A stretch of 63,642 nucleotides of DNA, counting the filler, from Choristocarpus tenellus KU-1152 (Eukaryota; Protista; Phaeophyceae), in the NCBI GenBank assembly GCA_964200185.2. It is 13 parts of 13 records of this genome, joined end to end, with 100 filler letters (N's around TTAATTAATTAA, not from the genome) between each part and the next. Parts side by side here need not be neighbours in the genome. Positions count along the whole stretch, not along the records: positions 1 to 8,595 come from CAXNAD020004550.1; positions 8,696 to 12,366 come from CAXNAD020018600.1; 11 more parts are not named here. One strand, 5' to 3'. Of this stretch, positions 1-11,444 are shown one piece after another. Position 1 is the stretch's first letter. Each line of letters begins with the position of its first letter. The position numbers were made by a program, and so were the translations under genes. The notes under the pieces are model-generated. The model did not search any database, was not told the DNA's origin, and was given only the letters and a program-made list of their open reading frames with translations.

Positions 1-7
1 TCTTTGC

Positions 8-680
8 ATGGATCTGGTGTTTCACACAGGGGCACTAGCGGACGCCGGAACAGCTCCCTACAGGGACGAAGGTCTTCTGCTAGACGTCACCTTCACAGAG
101 GTACAGGCAACCTCTCACCTAGCCCACTCATCCACCAGCAATGGTGTAGCTGCTGCTGCAGCTGAGGCGCGAAAGCGCACCCACTACGAGGGCTCCTTTG
201 ATCCTCATAGTTATAACCTCAACGCCTTGGCGGTGGAAAGTTTTGGGCACCTTGGCAAGCAAGTGGAATGCTTCCTGGATGAGCTGGATATTCACATGGT
301 GGGGGAGAGAGGAAGTGGAGAATTTAGCAGGAAAGGAGCAGTCAAATCCCGACTACACCAAATTGTCTCGGTGACTACGCAAGTGGCACTGTCTAGATGT
401 GTCACGCATTTTAAGCTAGAGTCACCAGGGAGATGGGCACGGAGGGATTATTGGATTCTTGGGATGCCGCCCTAGCTCCTCCCCCCGGGGCACAGGAGTA
501 GGTAGATTAGAGGCATAGGAAGGCAGTAGTACAACACAGATAGTGGTTAAGTAACAAATAGATTAGTGTTTATCACATTTATGATATTTTATTTCTTTAG
601 GGCTCATACTGACATGTGTATAGTTTTCATTTGTTTCCCCTCTGACACATCTGCAAAATGTTAGAGGGCATAATAATATA
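8..680 (+). mobile_element. 3' end of an RLE-type (CRE/NeSL/R2-like) non-LTR retrotransposon: endonuclease domain, 3' UTR and (TAA)n tail
   Basis: ORF 8-475 has the restriction-like endonuclease pattern MDLVF...LLLDVT...AAAAEARKRTHY...LAVESFGHLG. The UTR ends in ctgacacatctgcaaaatgttagagggcataataata, an end that recurs at 6292-6515 (-) and 60990-61032 (-). Confidence 0.8.
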
Positions 681-892
681 TAATATGTACTCTGATATGT
701 TGCTGAGGTGTCAGGGAAAAAGACAATTCAATATGATAAAAATGCCTATAAATGTAACAGTTGTTATAAATGTGAAAGTTATATCTCCAAAATCTAGTAA
801 CCATTTTATGCATATTTTTACGTCGTATTCCAAACATACTGTATGAGTCATACCTTACCACTCACAAAAATGCAAACCTACTTTACACTATA

Positions 893-1806
893 TTTAATAC
901 GGTGACGAAACATTCGTAACAAGATTGAATAAGTCCTTAGTCGTTGTTGTGTGAGGTTTGTCCAACCGCCAGTACATAACTAAAGTTTAATTGAAGCCCT
1001 GGTTCACAAACTATGGAAATGTTTGCAGTCTGAGAGGTATTGTCATGACTAGATTACACTGACCCCTGCGTCAAAATGCCCATATCCTTCAATGATGAAG
1101 AAGATGTGGAGAACGACAACTATTTGCGTGCTCTCAACGCCCTTCATATCATACTGAGAGGGCATGAAGAGGTGGCAGCTATCCTGCTCGGCAAAGTCGA
1201 GATCCCATAACAAAGGTACGACTACCCTGCAGGTGAATCACCAGCAACCGACAATTGGGGTAGGTGATGGATTTGCATCTTCTGCTCCAAAGAACTGACT
1301 CATCAGGAAGTCCGTTTGATATTGGATACCTGTACATTCAATACTGAAGTGCCACATTACAACCCAGTGTCTACTCAACTAACACATCACGGTACTCTGG
1401 AGCAGTAGACGAAAATCCATCACCTACCCCAATTGTCAGTTGCCAGTTGCTCACCTTCGGGGCAGTTTTTCCCTTGTGAGACCTTGACTGTGCCGAGCAG
1501 GATGGCAGCCACCTCTTCATGCCCTCTCAGTATGGTATGGAGGGCGTTGAGAGTGCGTAAATAGTTGTAGTGATTCGCGTCTTCTTCATCATTATAGGAT
1601 CAGTGCATTACGACACAGTGAAAGGGTTAGCGTAATCTAGTTGTGACAATACTTCTCCAACTGCAACTGTCTCCAGAGCTCGTGGACCAGAGCTTCAATT
1701 CAATTCTAGTTAACGGAGTCCCTGCCTATTGGATAAACCTCACAGGAAAACGACTATGGATTCATTCGTTCAATCTTGTTACAAACGTTTCGTCTCCATC
1801 ATTAAA
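893..1806. repeat. Long imperfect inverted repeat (arms ~893-1294 and ~1392-1806, loop ~100 nt)
   Basis: gacgaaacattcgtaacaagattgaa (904) versus ttcaatcttgttacaaacgtttcgtc (~1770-1794); gagggcatgaagaggtggcagctatcctgctcggca versus tgccgagcaggatggcagccacctcttcatgccctc. Roughly 80% identity by eye. Confidence 0.9.
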
Positions 1807-1818
1807 AACGTGAATAGT

Positions 1819-2076
1819 GAGTGAAAGTATCTTGGAGGGTGCGAGTTTTTCCCTATTTGTCCATTTGGGGCTTGGCTTCCCACGGGTTTTTAAGGACATT
1901 TTACCTACTCCAAAATGTTTTGGTGTAGGTAAAACGTTTATGTTATGAAAAGCTGTGTCCGGAACAAGGATAATGACAGTTCCTAACAAACATGATAGCC
2001 AAAATTACATCAAAATTTCAACATTGGATTTTGGTCCCCAAATGGACACGGCTCTACCCTGTAAGATATTTGACTC
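1819..2076. mobile_element. MITE family A copy (TIR GAGT(C/G)AAAGTATCTTAGAGGG)
   Basis: Terminal inverted repeats and a perfect 4-bp TSD tagt/tagt. Homologous copies at 2665, 25526, 36253, 36831, 44864 and 47155. Confidence 0.9.
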
Positions 2077-2664
2077 TAGTAGGCTTGCAGTTTAGTGGAT
2101 AGTACGACATGACTCATACTTCAAATAGGAATGTTGATGGTATACTTGGGATTAGAGAGCAGATAGGTGTTTAGGTTTCTATTCCCTAATAAATCAGTGT
2201 TGGAGAATATTAAATCAGGATCACCTGTTGCAAGAATACGTAAGTACAACATTTGTTAACAGGGAGTTTCAGACTTGTGACCTAGTGTTCAATAGGCCAA
2301 AAGATGTTGAGATATTTGGGCGTATAATAGCTGTAACCACCAACAGAATCAAGGATGTTTTTCTGACAATTCAAAGTACAGAGAGTTGGAGAGTCAGAGT
2401 GGAATACACCAGGAGGGATGGGGAGGAGGGGAGAGAGAGGTGTATTGTAACTGGGCAAGTGAGAAACAGCAAATGAAGGGTAGGTCTCTATCCCCCACTC
2501 AGCAAAGAGTGAGCCCATTCCAAAGGCACGGATAAGATCCCTCTCCGTCACAGCACAGAACTTCTTCCCACCAGTATTTAACTGGAGTCTCACTCTACCA
2601 TGCACCACTGCTGCACACGGAAATACACTCCATCATTAGATGGACCAAAAAGGATAGCTATTGA

Positions 2665-2919
2665 GAGTCAAAATATCTTAGAGGGTAGAGTCGCGTCCAT
2701 TTGGGGTCAAAATCCAATGTTGCTATTTTGATGTAATTTTGACAAAAATGTTTGTTAGGAAGTATCAATATCTAAGTTTCGGACTCACCTTTCATAACGT
2801 ACACATTTTACCTACTCCGAAACATTTTGGAGTAGGAAATGTCATAAAAAAAACGTGGGAAGCCAAGCCCCAAATGGACAAAAAGGACAAAACTCGTACC
2901 CTCTAAGATACTTTCACTC
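2665..2919. mobile_element. MITE family A copy (opposite orientation to the 1819 copy)
   Basis: TIRs gagtcaaaatatcttagaggg...ccctctaagatactttcactc; TSD ttga/ttga. Confidence 0.9.
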
Positions 2920-3088
2920 TTGATACTTCCCTATGTGGCCCTTGTATTGGTGTTACTAATTCATTGATCCCTTCCTTAGAAGTTGGTGTCCCCCCCCCTA
3001 CCTTTCTTGACTTCTTACCCCTTTTTGCAAGTTTTTTCTTCATACCCTCAACAGTCTTGACAGTGGCAGCAGAACAGTCTACTGTAGG

Positions 3089-3420
3089 TTACTTGTCACC
3101 TTCACCCTTCTTTGTAGATGTCTCCCCAGCAACTATCTTCGCCCACTTGGCTCGATCTTCACTCCCTTCCTCTACAGCATCATTCATGGCAAGTGAGGGT
3201 TCGACCTCAATAGATGAAGCTCGCCTTTTCTTCCGATTCTTGGGAGATTTTTTCACACCTCCTTCCACATTTTCCTCCTCTTTCGCAACCTCACTTTTGG
3301 GAGATTTTTCCACCCCCTCATTCACAGCCATGTCTTCAGGGCATTTTTTCACATCCCCCTTCAAATCCATGATGGCGTCGGCAAGTTCATTGCCCATAGC
3401 ATTACACCCGTTGGTGCTTT
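3089..3420 (-). CDS. Possible terminal exon of an unknown Lys/Glu-rich low-complexity protein
   Basis: Open frame ...MGNELADAIMDLKGDVKK...KKGEGDK* behind a candidate cccag acceptor. No recognisable domain. Confidence 0.25.
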
Positions 3421-4899
3421 CTGGGAGGCATGGAGCAACATGTTACACAGAAGGGTAGGTCAAACATGGTGCAAGGGGGTAGGAGGCAGTGAGAGATATG
3501 GAGAGGGGGCGGCAGGGAGGAGGAGAGGGAAATATTGAAGTGAGTCTGTGCTGTTTTTTTTTACTAGTGCTTGAATGGTCTTACAATATATACTGTACAA
3601 GTTGTTTGTGTTTTGCAGATGTGTCAGGGAAAAAGCCATGACCAATGTCACAAAGACCCCTGAAAATCTCAAAAAGGAAGACCCCCTGACCATTGGGGCA
3701 TCCTTCCTTGTGGTAGTCTCCTCCACCCCACCTGCATGGTCAGCTTCTGTGAAGATATAAACCACCTTTTCACATGCCCTCACTGTAGAACACACTCGCC
3801 CATTCCCATCCTCTTCAACCACACCTACACCACCTCCAACAGCCAAACACCCCACCCATTCACTCCTAGCGAGCTCATAGCCCATTTAAATGCCACCACT
3901 GCAGCCCAAATCAACCTTTTCTCACCACACAACATCCCAGCCCAGAGCTTACACCCAACCCACCCTCACTATCCCTCACTCACACCTAGAGTCAGACCTG
4001 GGCTCATTGTCTGACCCACCAATCCTGGGACCCTGGCCCACCCCCCATGTCACATACCACACCATATCCACCTGGATCACACACAACAGCAAGGCCCCCA
4101 TAGCATCCTAGCTCTATGTCCCCCTTTACTTGGACGCCGTTGGCTTCCCACTCAATGCCTTCCTTTATTTCCCACGCCCAGGAGGATGGGGGGACCATGT
4201 GTTTGTGCTCCGCCAAGCCCTCTCAGGGTTGTGGGGGAATAATGCTGGGTTTGACCAAGTTTGCTCCCGTGGGAGTTCACCCCTGAAGGGGCAGCATACA
4301 TACCCCCTCACAATCAAGACTACCTCCAGGACACATACTCCCTCGGAGTGGCTGAAATTGGTGAATGGGCAGTCCATAGGGACAGTCACTACCTTACTGG
4401 CAACCCTCTCCCACCTTTCCCCTTTCCCCCATCCCATTTCCCCTCACCCTACCCTTAGCAGGGGAATCACCGCTTCCCATTCTTTTCCCCCTTCCCTCCA
4501 TCCCCTTCCAGAAAATCTGGGCTACCTACCCCTACAATCACGCCTGCCATGGGGGGTTCATACCCCAAGGAGTGCTGCTGCCCTTCACCAAGTCCAGACG
4601 GAGATACTGGATTGAATAAACATCACCACGGTTAAGGAGCTCCCTGGCAGGCTTTGCACCGCCCATGCCATTACCTTCATGCACACAATAGATCTCCTCA
4701 TGCACAAAGTGACCCCTCCAAGCCCGGAGGGGGGGATCCGGACAGTAGGGGCTGTCAGAGGCTGTCAGCATAAGAAGTATGGAATCATCTTGTCACTTAT
4801 TCTGGGAAATCGAATCGAAGCCTCTCAGAGTAAATTTTACACCTGATGCATATAGGTGGGTTCATTGAAGCCTAACAAGAGAGACGATGAACTTTGCAG

Positions 4900-6290
4900 T
4901 GTCTCGAGGTTCTTCAGGTGTCAGTCTGTGATGTCTCCTTCTCCCCGTATACCATAAACATATACTCGGAGCAGTAGATATCTTCCGATCTAGGAATGTC
5001 GGAGACTATATAAGGGATATTTCCAGGGGACCAGTTGTACCTGCGGGGCACCTCATGGCCATGGCTGTCTTTACCTCGTGTGACATTGATTGCCTGAACG
5101 GTGGGTGGTTCCTGTGGGCTGTTTGCTACTATGGAGCAAGTAATGGTCACCTGTATCATTTGTGTGTGGATACATACTAGTTCCAATGCTAGTAATGCCA
5201 TACAAATGTGCGACTTCATATTATCTACTCACCACGAAGATAGATCAGGTGAAGGCTCTTCCACAATTCCCATGCTATCAAAGGAGAACGGCTCAGTGTC
5301 GTCAAGAGCTGCCAGCGACCACTCTTCCCTCTCGCTGTACATCTTTAATCGAAAGTGAGAAGGAGTTCAGCGTCCAGACTTCTTGGTGAATCAAGGGTGA
5401 TGAAAAACAATCGACAGCCGTCTAAGGTACTCTCCACGTGTGCTCTGGTTCTCTCTTCCATACACACCTAGGTCTCACACTTGAACCACTAACTCTTAGC
5501 AATACTGCTGCGTCTTTGTTGTGGTGTAGGCACGACTTCAGCTGATCAACATCAAAAATTGAGGGTCGTACAGTACAGTTGGTAAAGGTGCGATTTGGTT
5601 TGATGATTCCATTTGCTGCATGATAACGAGCTTCTTTCAATAGCGAACATGCGCTGCCTGTTCGAGAAGGACACATTTCGATACACCATGCACACCTCCC
5701 CTTTCATCTCCACGGGACTCCTACTCCTCCCGTCGACGCCATTGATGAGATCTCCCGACACTTCGACCCCTACAAGAGGAACAGCACACATGATGCGTTA
5801 GTCGAGTAGACACTGGGTTTTAATGTAACACTTCAGTATTGAATGCACAGGTATCCAATATCAAACGGACTTCCTGACGAGTCGGTAGTTTGGAGTAGAA
5901 GACGAAAATCCATAACCTACTCCAGTTGTCGATTGCCAGTCGCTCACCTGCGGGGCAGTCGTACCCTTTTTGCGGGATCTCGACTTTGCCGAGCAGGATG
6001 GCAGCCACCTCTTCATGCCCTCTCAGTATGATATGAAGGGCGTTGAGAGCACGCAAATAGTTGTGGTTCTCCACATCTTCATCGTTGAAGGGTATGGGCA
6101 TTTTGACGCAGGGGTTAGTGTAACCTAGTCGTGACAATACCTCTCCGACTGCAAACGTCTCCAGAGTTCGTGGACCAGAGTTTCAATCCAACTGAAGTTA
6201 ACGGAGTGTCTTTCTATTGGACAAACCTCACACGATAACAACAAAGGATTCGTTCGTTCAATCTTGTTACGAACGTTTCGTCACCATCAT
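4900..6290 (-). pseudogene. Degenerate intron-containing transposase-like element with a hAT-like C-terminus; uninverted longer copy of the 893-1806 arms
   Basis: 5790-6290 matches the fold-back arms and loop. It has a gcag|gtgagc donor and a gactaac...ttgtag acceptor in compatible phase. Downstream W*VDNMKSHICMALLALELVCIH resembles the hAT dimerisation motif WW..N...P.LA.LA..L.IP. Stops and frameshifts are present. Confidence 0.5.
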
Positions 6291-6291
6291 T

Positions 6292-6515
6292 TTATTATTA
6301 TGCCCTCTGACATTTTGTACATGTGCTATCTGGGAAAGGCTAATAAAAACTAGTAACACATCTGAAAAATCCCTAAAAAAGTTACAGTTGTCACAAAAGT
6401 GAAAATGTGTGAAATCTATTTCCCATTTTACTACTACGTATCTATGTTGCACTACTGCCTTCCTGTGTCGCAAACCTATTCCTGCACCCCCCAGGGTGAG
6501 GAGGTAGGGAAGCTT
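6292..6515 (-). mobile_element. 5'-truncated 3' UTR and tail of the RLE non-LTR family
   Basis: The reverse complement matches 470-680 (cctcc...aggaaggcagtagt(g/a)caaca.aga...aaaatgtcagagggcataataata). Confidence 0.75.
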
Positions 6516-7203
6516 GCCACCATAATCAAAATCGTGTAAAGTAGGCTTGGAGTTTAGTGGGTGGTAAGGTATGACTCTTAGTGTATGTTTGGAATTCGAC
6601 GAAACAATACAGTACACGCCTAAAATGGGAAACAGGTTTTGGGGAGATATTTTTCACATTTACGAGGAGAGCTGTTACTTTTGTATATAGGAGTTCTTAT
6701 GATTTTGAATTGTCTCTTCCCCTCACACACAAGCAAAATGGTAGACGCCACAGTAACATAATTTCCAAGCTTGAAGGGAGTGTTTGGAGTATAGATAGGT
6801 GGTATTAAAAAAATTAAGTGATTTTAGAGAGATATCTTACGTTTACGACAACTCTTCTTGCTTTTAGATATTTTGGGAGATCCTTGTGATATTGATTTGG
6901 CCTTTTCCCTGGCACGTCTACATTATAGTTCTACTGATTTTGTCAAAATGGCTGATGGATGAGTGAGGGCACCAGCAATGTACTTGACTACACAAGCGAA
7001 GGCAATGATGAAGTTGAGGTATTGATAAATTTGCCCTGAATACGAAAGGAAAGTCCAGAGTTAGGAAATTTCATAGGTGTAGGTGTTGGCACGTTTGTAA
7101 GACCAGGGGAAAAATGTGTTGTGGAGAAGCGTGGCCTTGAGGGAGGATAGACTTCCACCTCTAACTTTGAGGGTGTGAGGAACCAGCCACTAAGATGATC
7201 AAA

Positions 7204-7630
7204 GAGCAAAAGTAATTGAGAGGTGGGTAGGTTCGGACCCTTTGCCATTCTAAGTAATCTTTCTTACCCTATGCAATACATCCTATTTCATTCCACTATA
7301 TGTGAGCCGTAATAGTGTACGCAAAATCAGTATTCCCCCTTTCGGCCAAGTCATTTGAGAGGTAAGGCAGGTTTTGACCCTTTTGCATTCGAAGTCATCA
7401 CTCTTGCCCTGTGCACTACACTCTATTTCATTGTTGATGTGTACAATAGTGTACACAAAATTAATATTCTTCTTTCCAACAAACACAAAATGATACCACA
7501 ATTCAGGAATACTCTTTTTTGCAATTGTACAAACTGTCGTCTTTTTGCCGTTTCTCGTTATCATTAAAATGCAACCCCTGCCTACCTCTCAATTGGCTTG
7601 GATCAAGCGATGATACCACAATTCAGCAAA
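7204..7630. mobile_element. MITE family D: inner copy 7343-7604 nested in an older copy of the same family
   Basis: Inner TIRs ...tttgagaggtaaggcagg / cctgcctacctctcaattggcttggatc. The outer copy starts gagcaaaagtaattgagagg at 7204, is interrupted near 7342 and resumes with atgataccacaattcag. Homologous to 27247-27511. Confidence 0.75.
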
Positions 7631-7859
7631 ATATATAAAAAAGCGTCATCTTTCTCCTTCACGTCAACACTCTGCTCACAAAATGAATTTGTTCATTTAT
7701 TATCCTGCTTGTCAATAACACGTTCTTCTGACGACATCATTATATTGATAGAGTGATGCCACACTAAACTGTAACATAACATGCTCAAGTGTCCAACGGT
7801 GCCTGCTGACTAGTTCTGTACAACCACATGCTCCACCCTAGAGAGGAGGCGATGTACTT

Positions 7860-8040
7860 GGCTCAAAGTAACTGGGGGGTGGGTGACGGCTGTCCATTCG
7901 GGGCCCATTTTTCCATGTCGCCATTTTCTGGTGATTTGGTTGCATGCATCGGATGGATGATGTAAATTCTCTTCTCCTAGTCAGTACCCGAATGGACACC
8001 CTGATGTAGACCCCCCCACTCCCCCCAAATACTTTGAGCC
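7860..8040. mobile_element. MITE family B copy (TIR GGCTCAAAGTATCTGGGG / GACCCAAAGTATC)
   Basis: ggctcaaagta...atactttgagcc with flanks actt/actc. Full copies at 29572, 29969, 37712 and 41188; partial copies at 8555, 12467, 23501, 32520, 38230, 40875, 47034, 50462 and 55016. Confidence 0.9.
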
Positions 8041-8595
8041 ACTCATTTGAACTCAACCAAGGTCCAAGGCTGCAAAGGAGTTACTGGGGGCTGAGAAAGA
8101 GAAGGGCAAGTGTTATTGGTGAATAAAGATACCTGCACACATCACAGCAGCCCCATTGCACATTATGCCACAAGGAGCTGGAAAAGTGGCAAGAAAGTTG
8201 GGTTCAGGGTTATTTGTCCCTAGACAGGATATGGAATAAAACGGTATATTGGAGGCGTAAGGCAGTTCCAGAGATAAAAAAAAAGAAAGGATGTATGTGT
8301 AGGCTGATACACAAGGAGAGGTGTCGGAACAAGCAAGAGGAGTGTAACTGGATGTCACTCACATGTTTTGAGGTAGAATCCCAGTTAATGACACCGCCTA
8401 CTTCTGGAAAGTTGGAGGCAATTGGATTCACACATCATGAACCTCCCTCTTATGATTACCATCACGGGTGGAGGACAAAAGAGTCCAATCAATGCATTAT
8501 GGACAATTGCACGGGGTCCCAAACATGGTAACCAAAGGTAGCACCAAGGCAAGCGACCCAAAGTATCTGGGAGGGGGGGGGGGGCCTGGACCAGG

Positions 8596-8695
8596 NNNNN
8601 NNNNNNNNNNNNNNNNNNNNNNNNNNNNNNNNNNNNNNNTTAATTAATTAANNNNNNNNNNNNNNNNNNNNNNNNNNNNNNNNNNNNNNNNNNNN
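8596..8695. other. Artificial contig-joining spacer N44-TTAATTAATTAA-N44 (first of 12)
   Basis: Identical 100-nt spacers with a six-frame stop linker also at 12367, 15673, 23401, 32595, 36666, 40775, 47055, 50496, 55039, 57664 and 61033. Confidence 0.98.
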
Positions 8696-8819
8696 CATAG
8701 TGAAAGAGCAGAACAAATGTCAACAGGGGAGGGGGGGTAAATTAGCAGGAGTCACTTGCTCGTGTCCAGTATTTGTGTTGATTGTTACTCTTCGAAGTGC
8801 AGGGATCACATAGCATACT

Positions 8820-9700
8820 ACACATTCTTCACATATGCATCGGAAGCATGGGGAGTCCGTCACATTCCTTCGCTGACTATACCTTGGCTAGGCTCCACCT
8901 GGTCGAATTTCTACTGTGAGCATAGTCGCCTGTCATCCCTACCAAATATCTCAGATCATTGCACCCACACATACTGGAACGTATTCAAACTCCTGATTAA
9001 GCCTCACCCAGCTGATGGCTAGTAGGCTGTGGAAGTTGACCAATCAACACTGTACACAAACATATTCAATGAATCAGAGAGAGCAAACCAGAGATAATCC
9101 TAGCGCGTATACTCAGAACAACCTTTCGGGAAACTAATTCAACCCCTCCCAATCTTGGACACTTCAAACTCAATTGAGATTGAAAGGTCCAACCACCTGT
9201 CAACCTGTCAGTCCTTCGAGCTACCACTACTAATGGGCCGTCCTCACCCTAATTCATACCTTCATTCCCACTGCACTACCCAACTACCTCTACAGAGTAG
9301 ATCCGGTGATAGAATATGTGAAGCCAATAACAACAACACATTGAAAATTGTAGTGTACAAGCATTAAATACTTAGGAAAACCCATTAACACTCTCTGTGT
9401 GTAATTGTAACCGCATAGAAGACATGCCCACCTCCTCTCCTCACGGGATCAATGAACTGGACAGCAAAAAGCTTACCTCCTCTCCTCACGAGCTAGATCA
9501 CTGGCGTACGCCTTGCAATGATCCACAAACTCCTCACAGGTACACGGATCAGCCCCAGTCTGCCCAACCAGGAGACCAAACGCCACCTCCGTGGTGGTAG
9601 GACCAGAAGACTTATTGCTGTGGAGTACAAAGAAGAAAGTACGGAGAGTCAACAAGGTATTGTTCTGAAACGCTTCAAGTGGCATCACTTCACATCACAA
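8820..9700 (+). pseudogene. Possible highly decayed LINE remnant
   Basis: FTYASEAWG resembles the post-RT LTY(G/A)SEAW motif, followed by broken frames. Confidence 0.25.
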
Positions 9701-10740
9701 TCTAAACGAAAAAAAAAAATCCTTGTGATAAAAAAACGATGACCCTTGGCCTGTACAAAATCAAGAGGAAAATAGAAAAAAATTGATTGCACTAAAATGT
9801 CTACCACTACATTATCTCCTGATTTCTATTAACCCGGAAATCCCCGGGTTGTGCGGAGGGTCAAACCATAAAAGAGACCACCCGAACAAAACATGACTCG
9901 TCAAGATCTTACCAGCTGTCAGCACTCATAAGCATCTCACACCAAAATCACCGCCAACAGTTTCTTGAACAGACACGTAAAAGAAAAAACAAAAAAAACA
10001 GAAACGAGCTAACTCAGCTCCCTGGGTTCAACCAATCGCCCCAACTAACTCAATCCAACAACAATTGGTACGTACCACTGACACAGACACACACACACAC
10101 ACACACACATACAAAAAAGATCAAAATTGACACCTTTCAACTCTACTCCACATCACCTCCTCCCTTGCCCATACCTTCTCACGGCCCCTCACTTTCAAAC
10201 ACACCCCGAGCTGCTGATTCAATCGACTACTTTCATCGGAGGCGTTTGTGATTCGATTTTCGGCAATAGACACAAGACATACAGTACGCACTAGTCACCC
10301 CTTCCATTCCCAGCCGTGGGCAGAGTCTTCCTTGCTCTTGATTGAGCATTTGATTACACTGACACCTCTTGCTTGCCCTTGTGCCCTTGCCACGGGTCGT
10401 GCTCATATCCACAAACTATACACAAAGGTGGTTCAAGTAAGAGCCAGCACAGAATGTTGGCGACTACTCTTATCAACACGGTCACACCACTACAACACTG
10501 CATCAATCATGCACACATACTCAACATCAGATCATAAGCACACCCGAGAAAATGGTATTCCAAAAAGTGCACGGCGAGCATAAAAACCAACCATCACTCC
10601 TATGCGATGGAAAGGCGTACACAAAAAAATAAAAAATAATATATATATATATAATGGAAGAACAAAAAAAAACATCTACACTCACACTGTACTCTTTTAT
10701 TAAAAAAAGACAAAAATCTCGACTCAATAACGATGTACAC

Positions 10741-10858
10741 ACACATTTATTTTTACACATTTTTATTCAAAACACAAACATTTATTTTTACATATTTTTA
10801 TTCAAAACACAAACATTTATTTTTACATATTTTTATTCAAAACACAAACATTTATTTA
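10741..10858 (+). repeat. ~35-bp AT-rich tandem repeat, about 3.4 units
   Basis: Repeated unit aaacatttatttttacatatttttattcaaaacac. Confidence 0.85.
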
Positions 10859-10958
10859 TTTTACATCAACATCGAAACATACAAACACACACTTAAATAC
10901 ACAGAGAGAGAGAGAGAGAGAGAGACTAAAGAAAAAAACCAAGTCAAGTACAACTTGC

Positions 10959-11098
10959 CTGATGACTTCAGCGAGCAACACCCTCTTCTCATTCTCCGTC
11001 AGTACCTCCCTGCGAACCATCTTCCTCAGTGCCTCAATGGTCTCCCGTGTGATATCCTTCTCCTCCTCAGCCAGTGCATTACGCATGCCCGAGTTCCC
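10959..11098 (-). CDS. Isolated internal exon of an unknown helical protein
   Basis: caacag acceptor, then GNSGMRNALAEEEKDITRETIEALRKMVRREVLTENEKRVLLAEVI, then a candidate ag|gcaagt donor. It is a GC-rich island in AT-rich flanks. Confidence 0.45.
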
Positions 11099-11401
11099 CT
11101 GTTGTGCACCAACACAAAGAAAAAATAATAAAATGGAAAAAAAACAGATGACAATCATCTATCATTCAACATTTTTTTTTTTACTCTATTTTATTTAGGG
11201 ACTATCCAAGAAAAAAATAAAAGCGTCGCGTGAGCTTCAAAAAAAAAGAAAAAGAAAGAGAATTAGAAGTCAGCGATAGGGAGGGCTCAGAACGCATTTC
11301 AGCATGTATTTAGTTCAGAAGGATCGGGACGCAATCGAGACCAGTACGAAGTGCCATGCGCCTTGAATGGTACTTCATATACACCAGAGTACAGAGAGTG
11401 C

Positions 11402-11444
<43 letters not shown>

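Noticed and set aside
6255-6295. tgatggtgacgaaac as a hammerhead ribozyme core or an LTR primer-binding site
   Set aside because: There is no CUGANGA core or supporting stems, and no LTR pair or gag/pol nearby.
10741-10858. CRISPR-like array
   Set aside because: The units are contiguous with no unique spacers, and the context is eukaryotic. It is a simple minisatellite.
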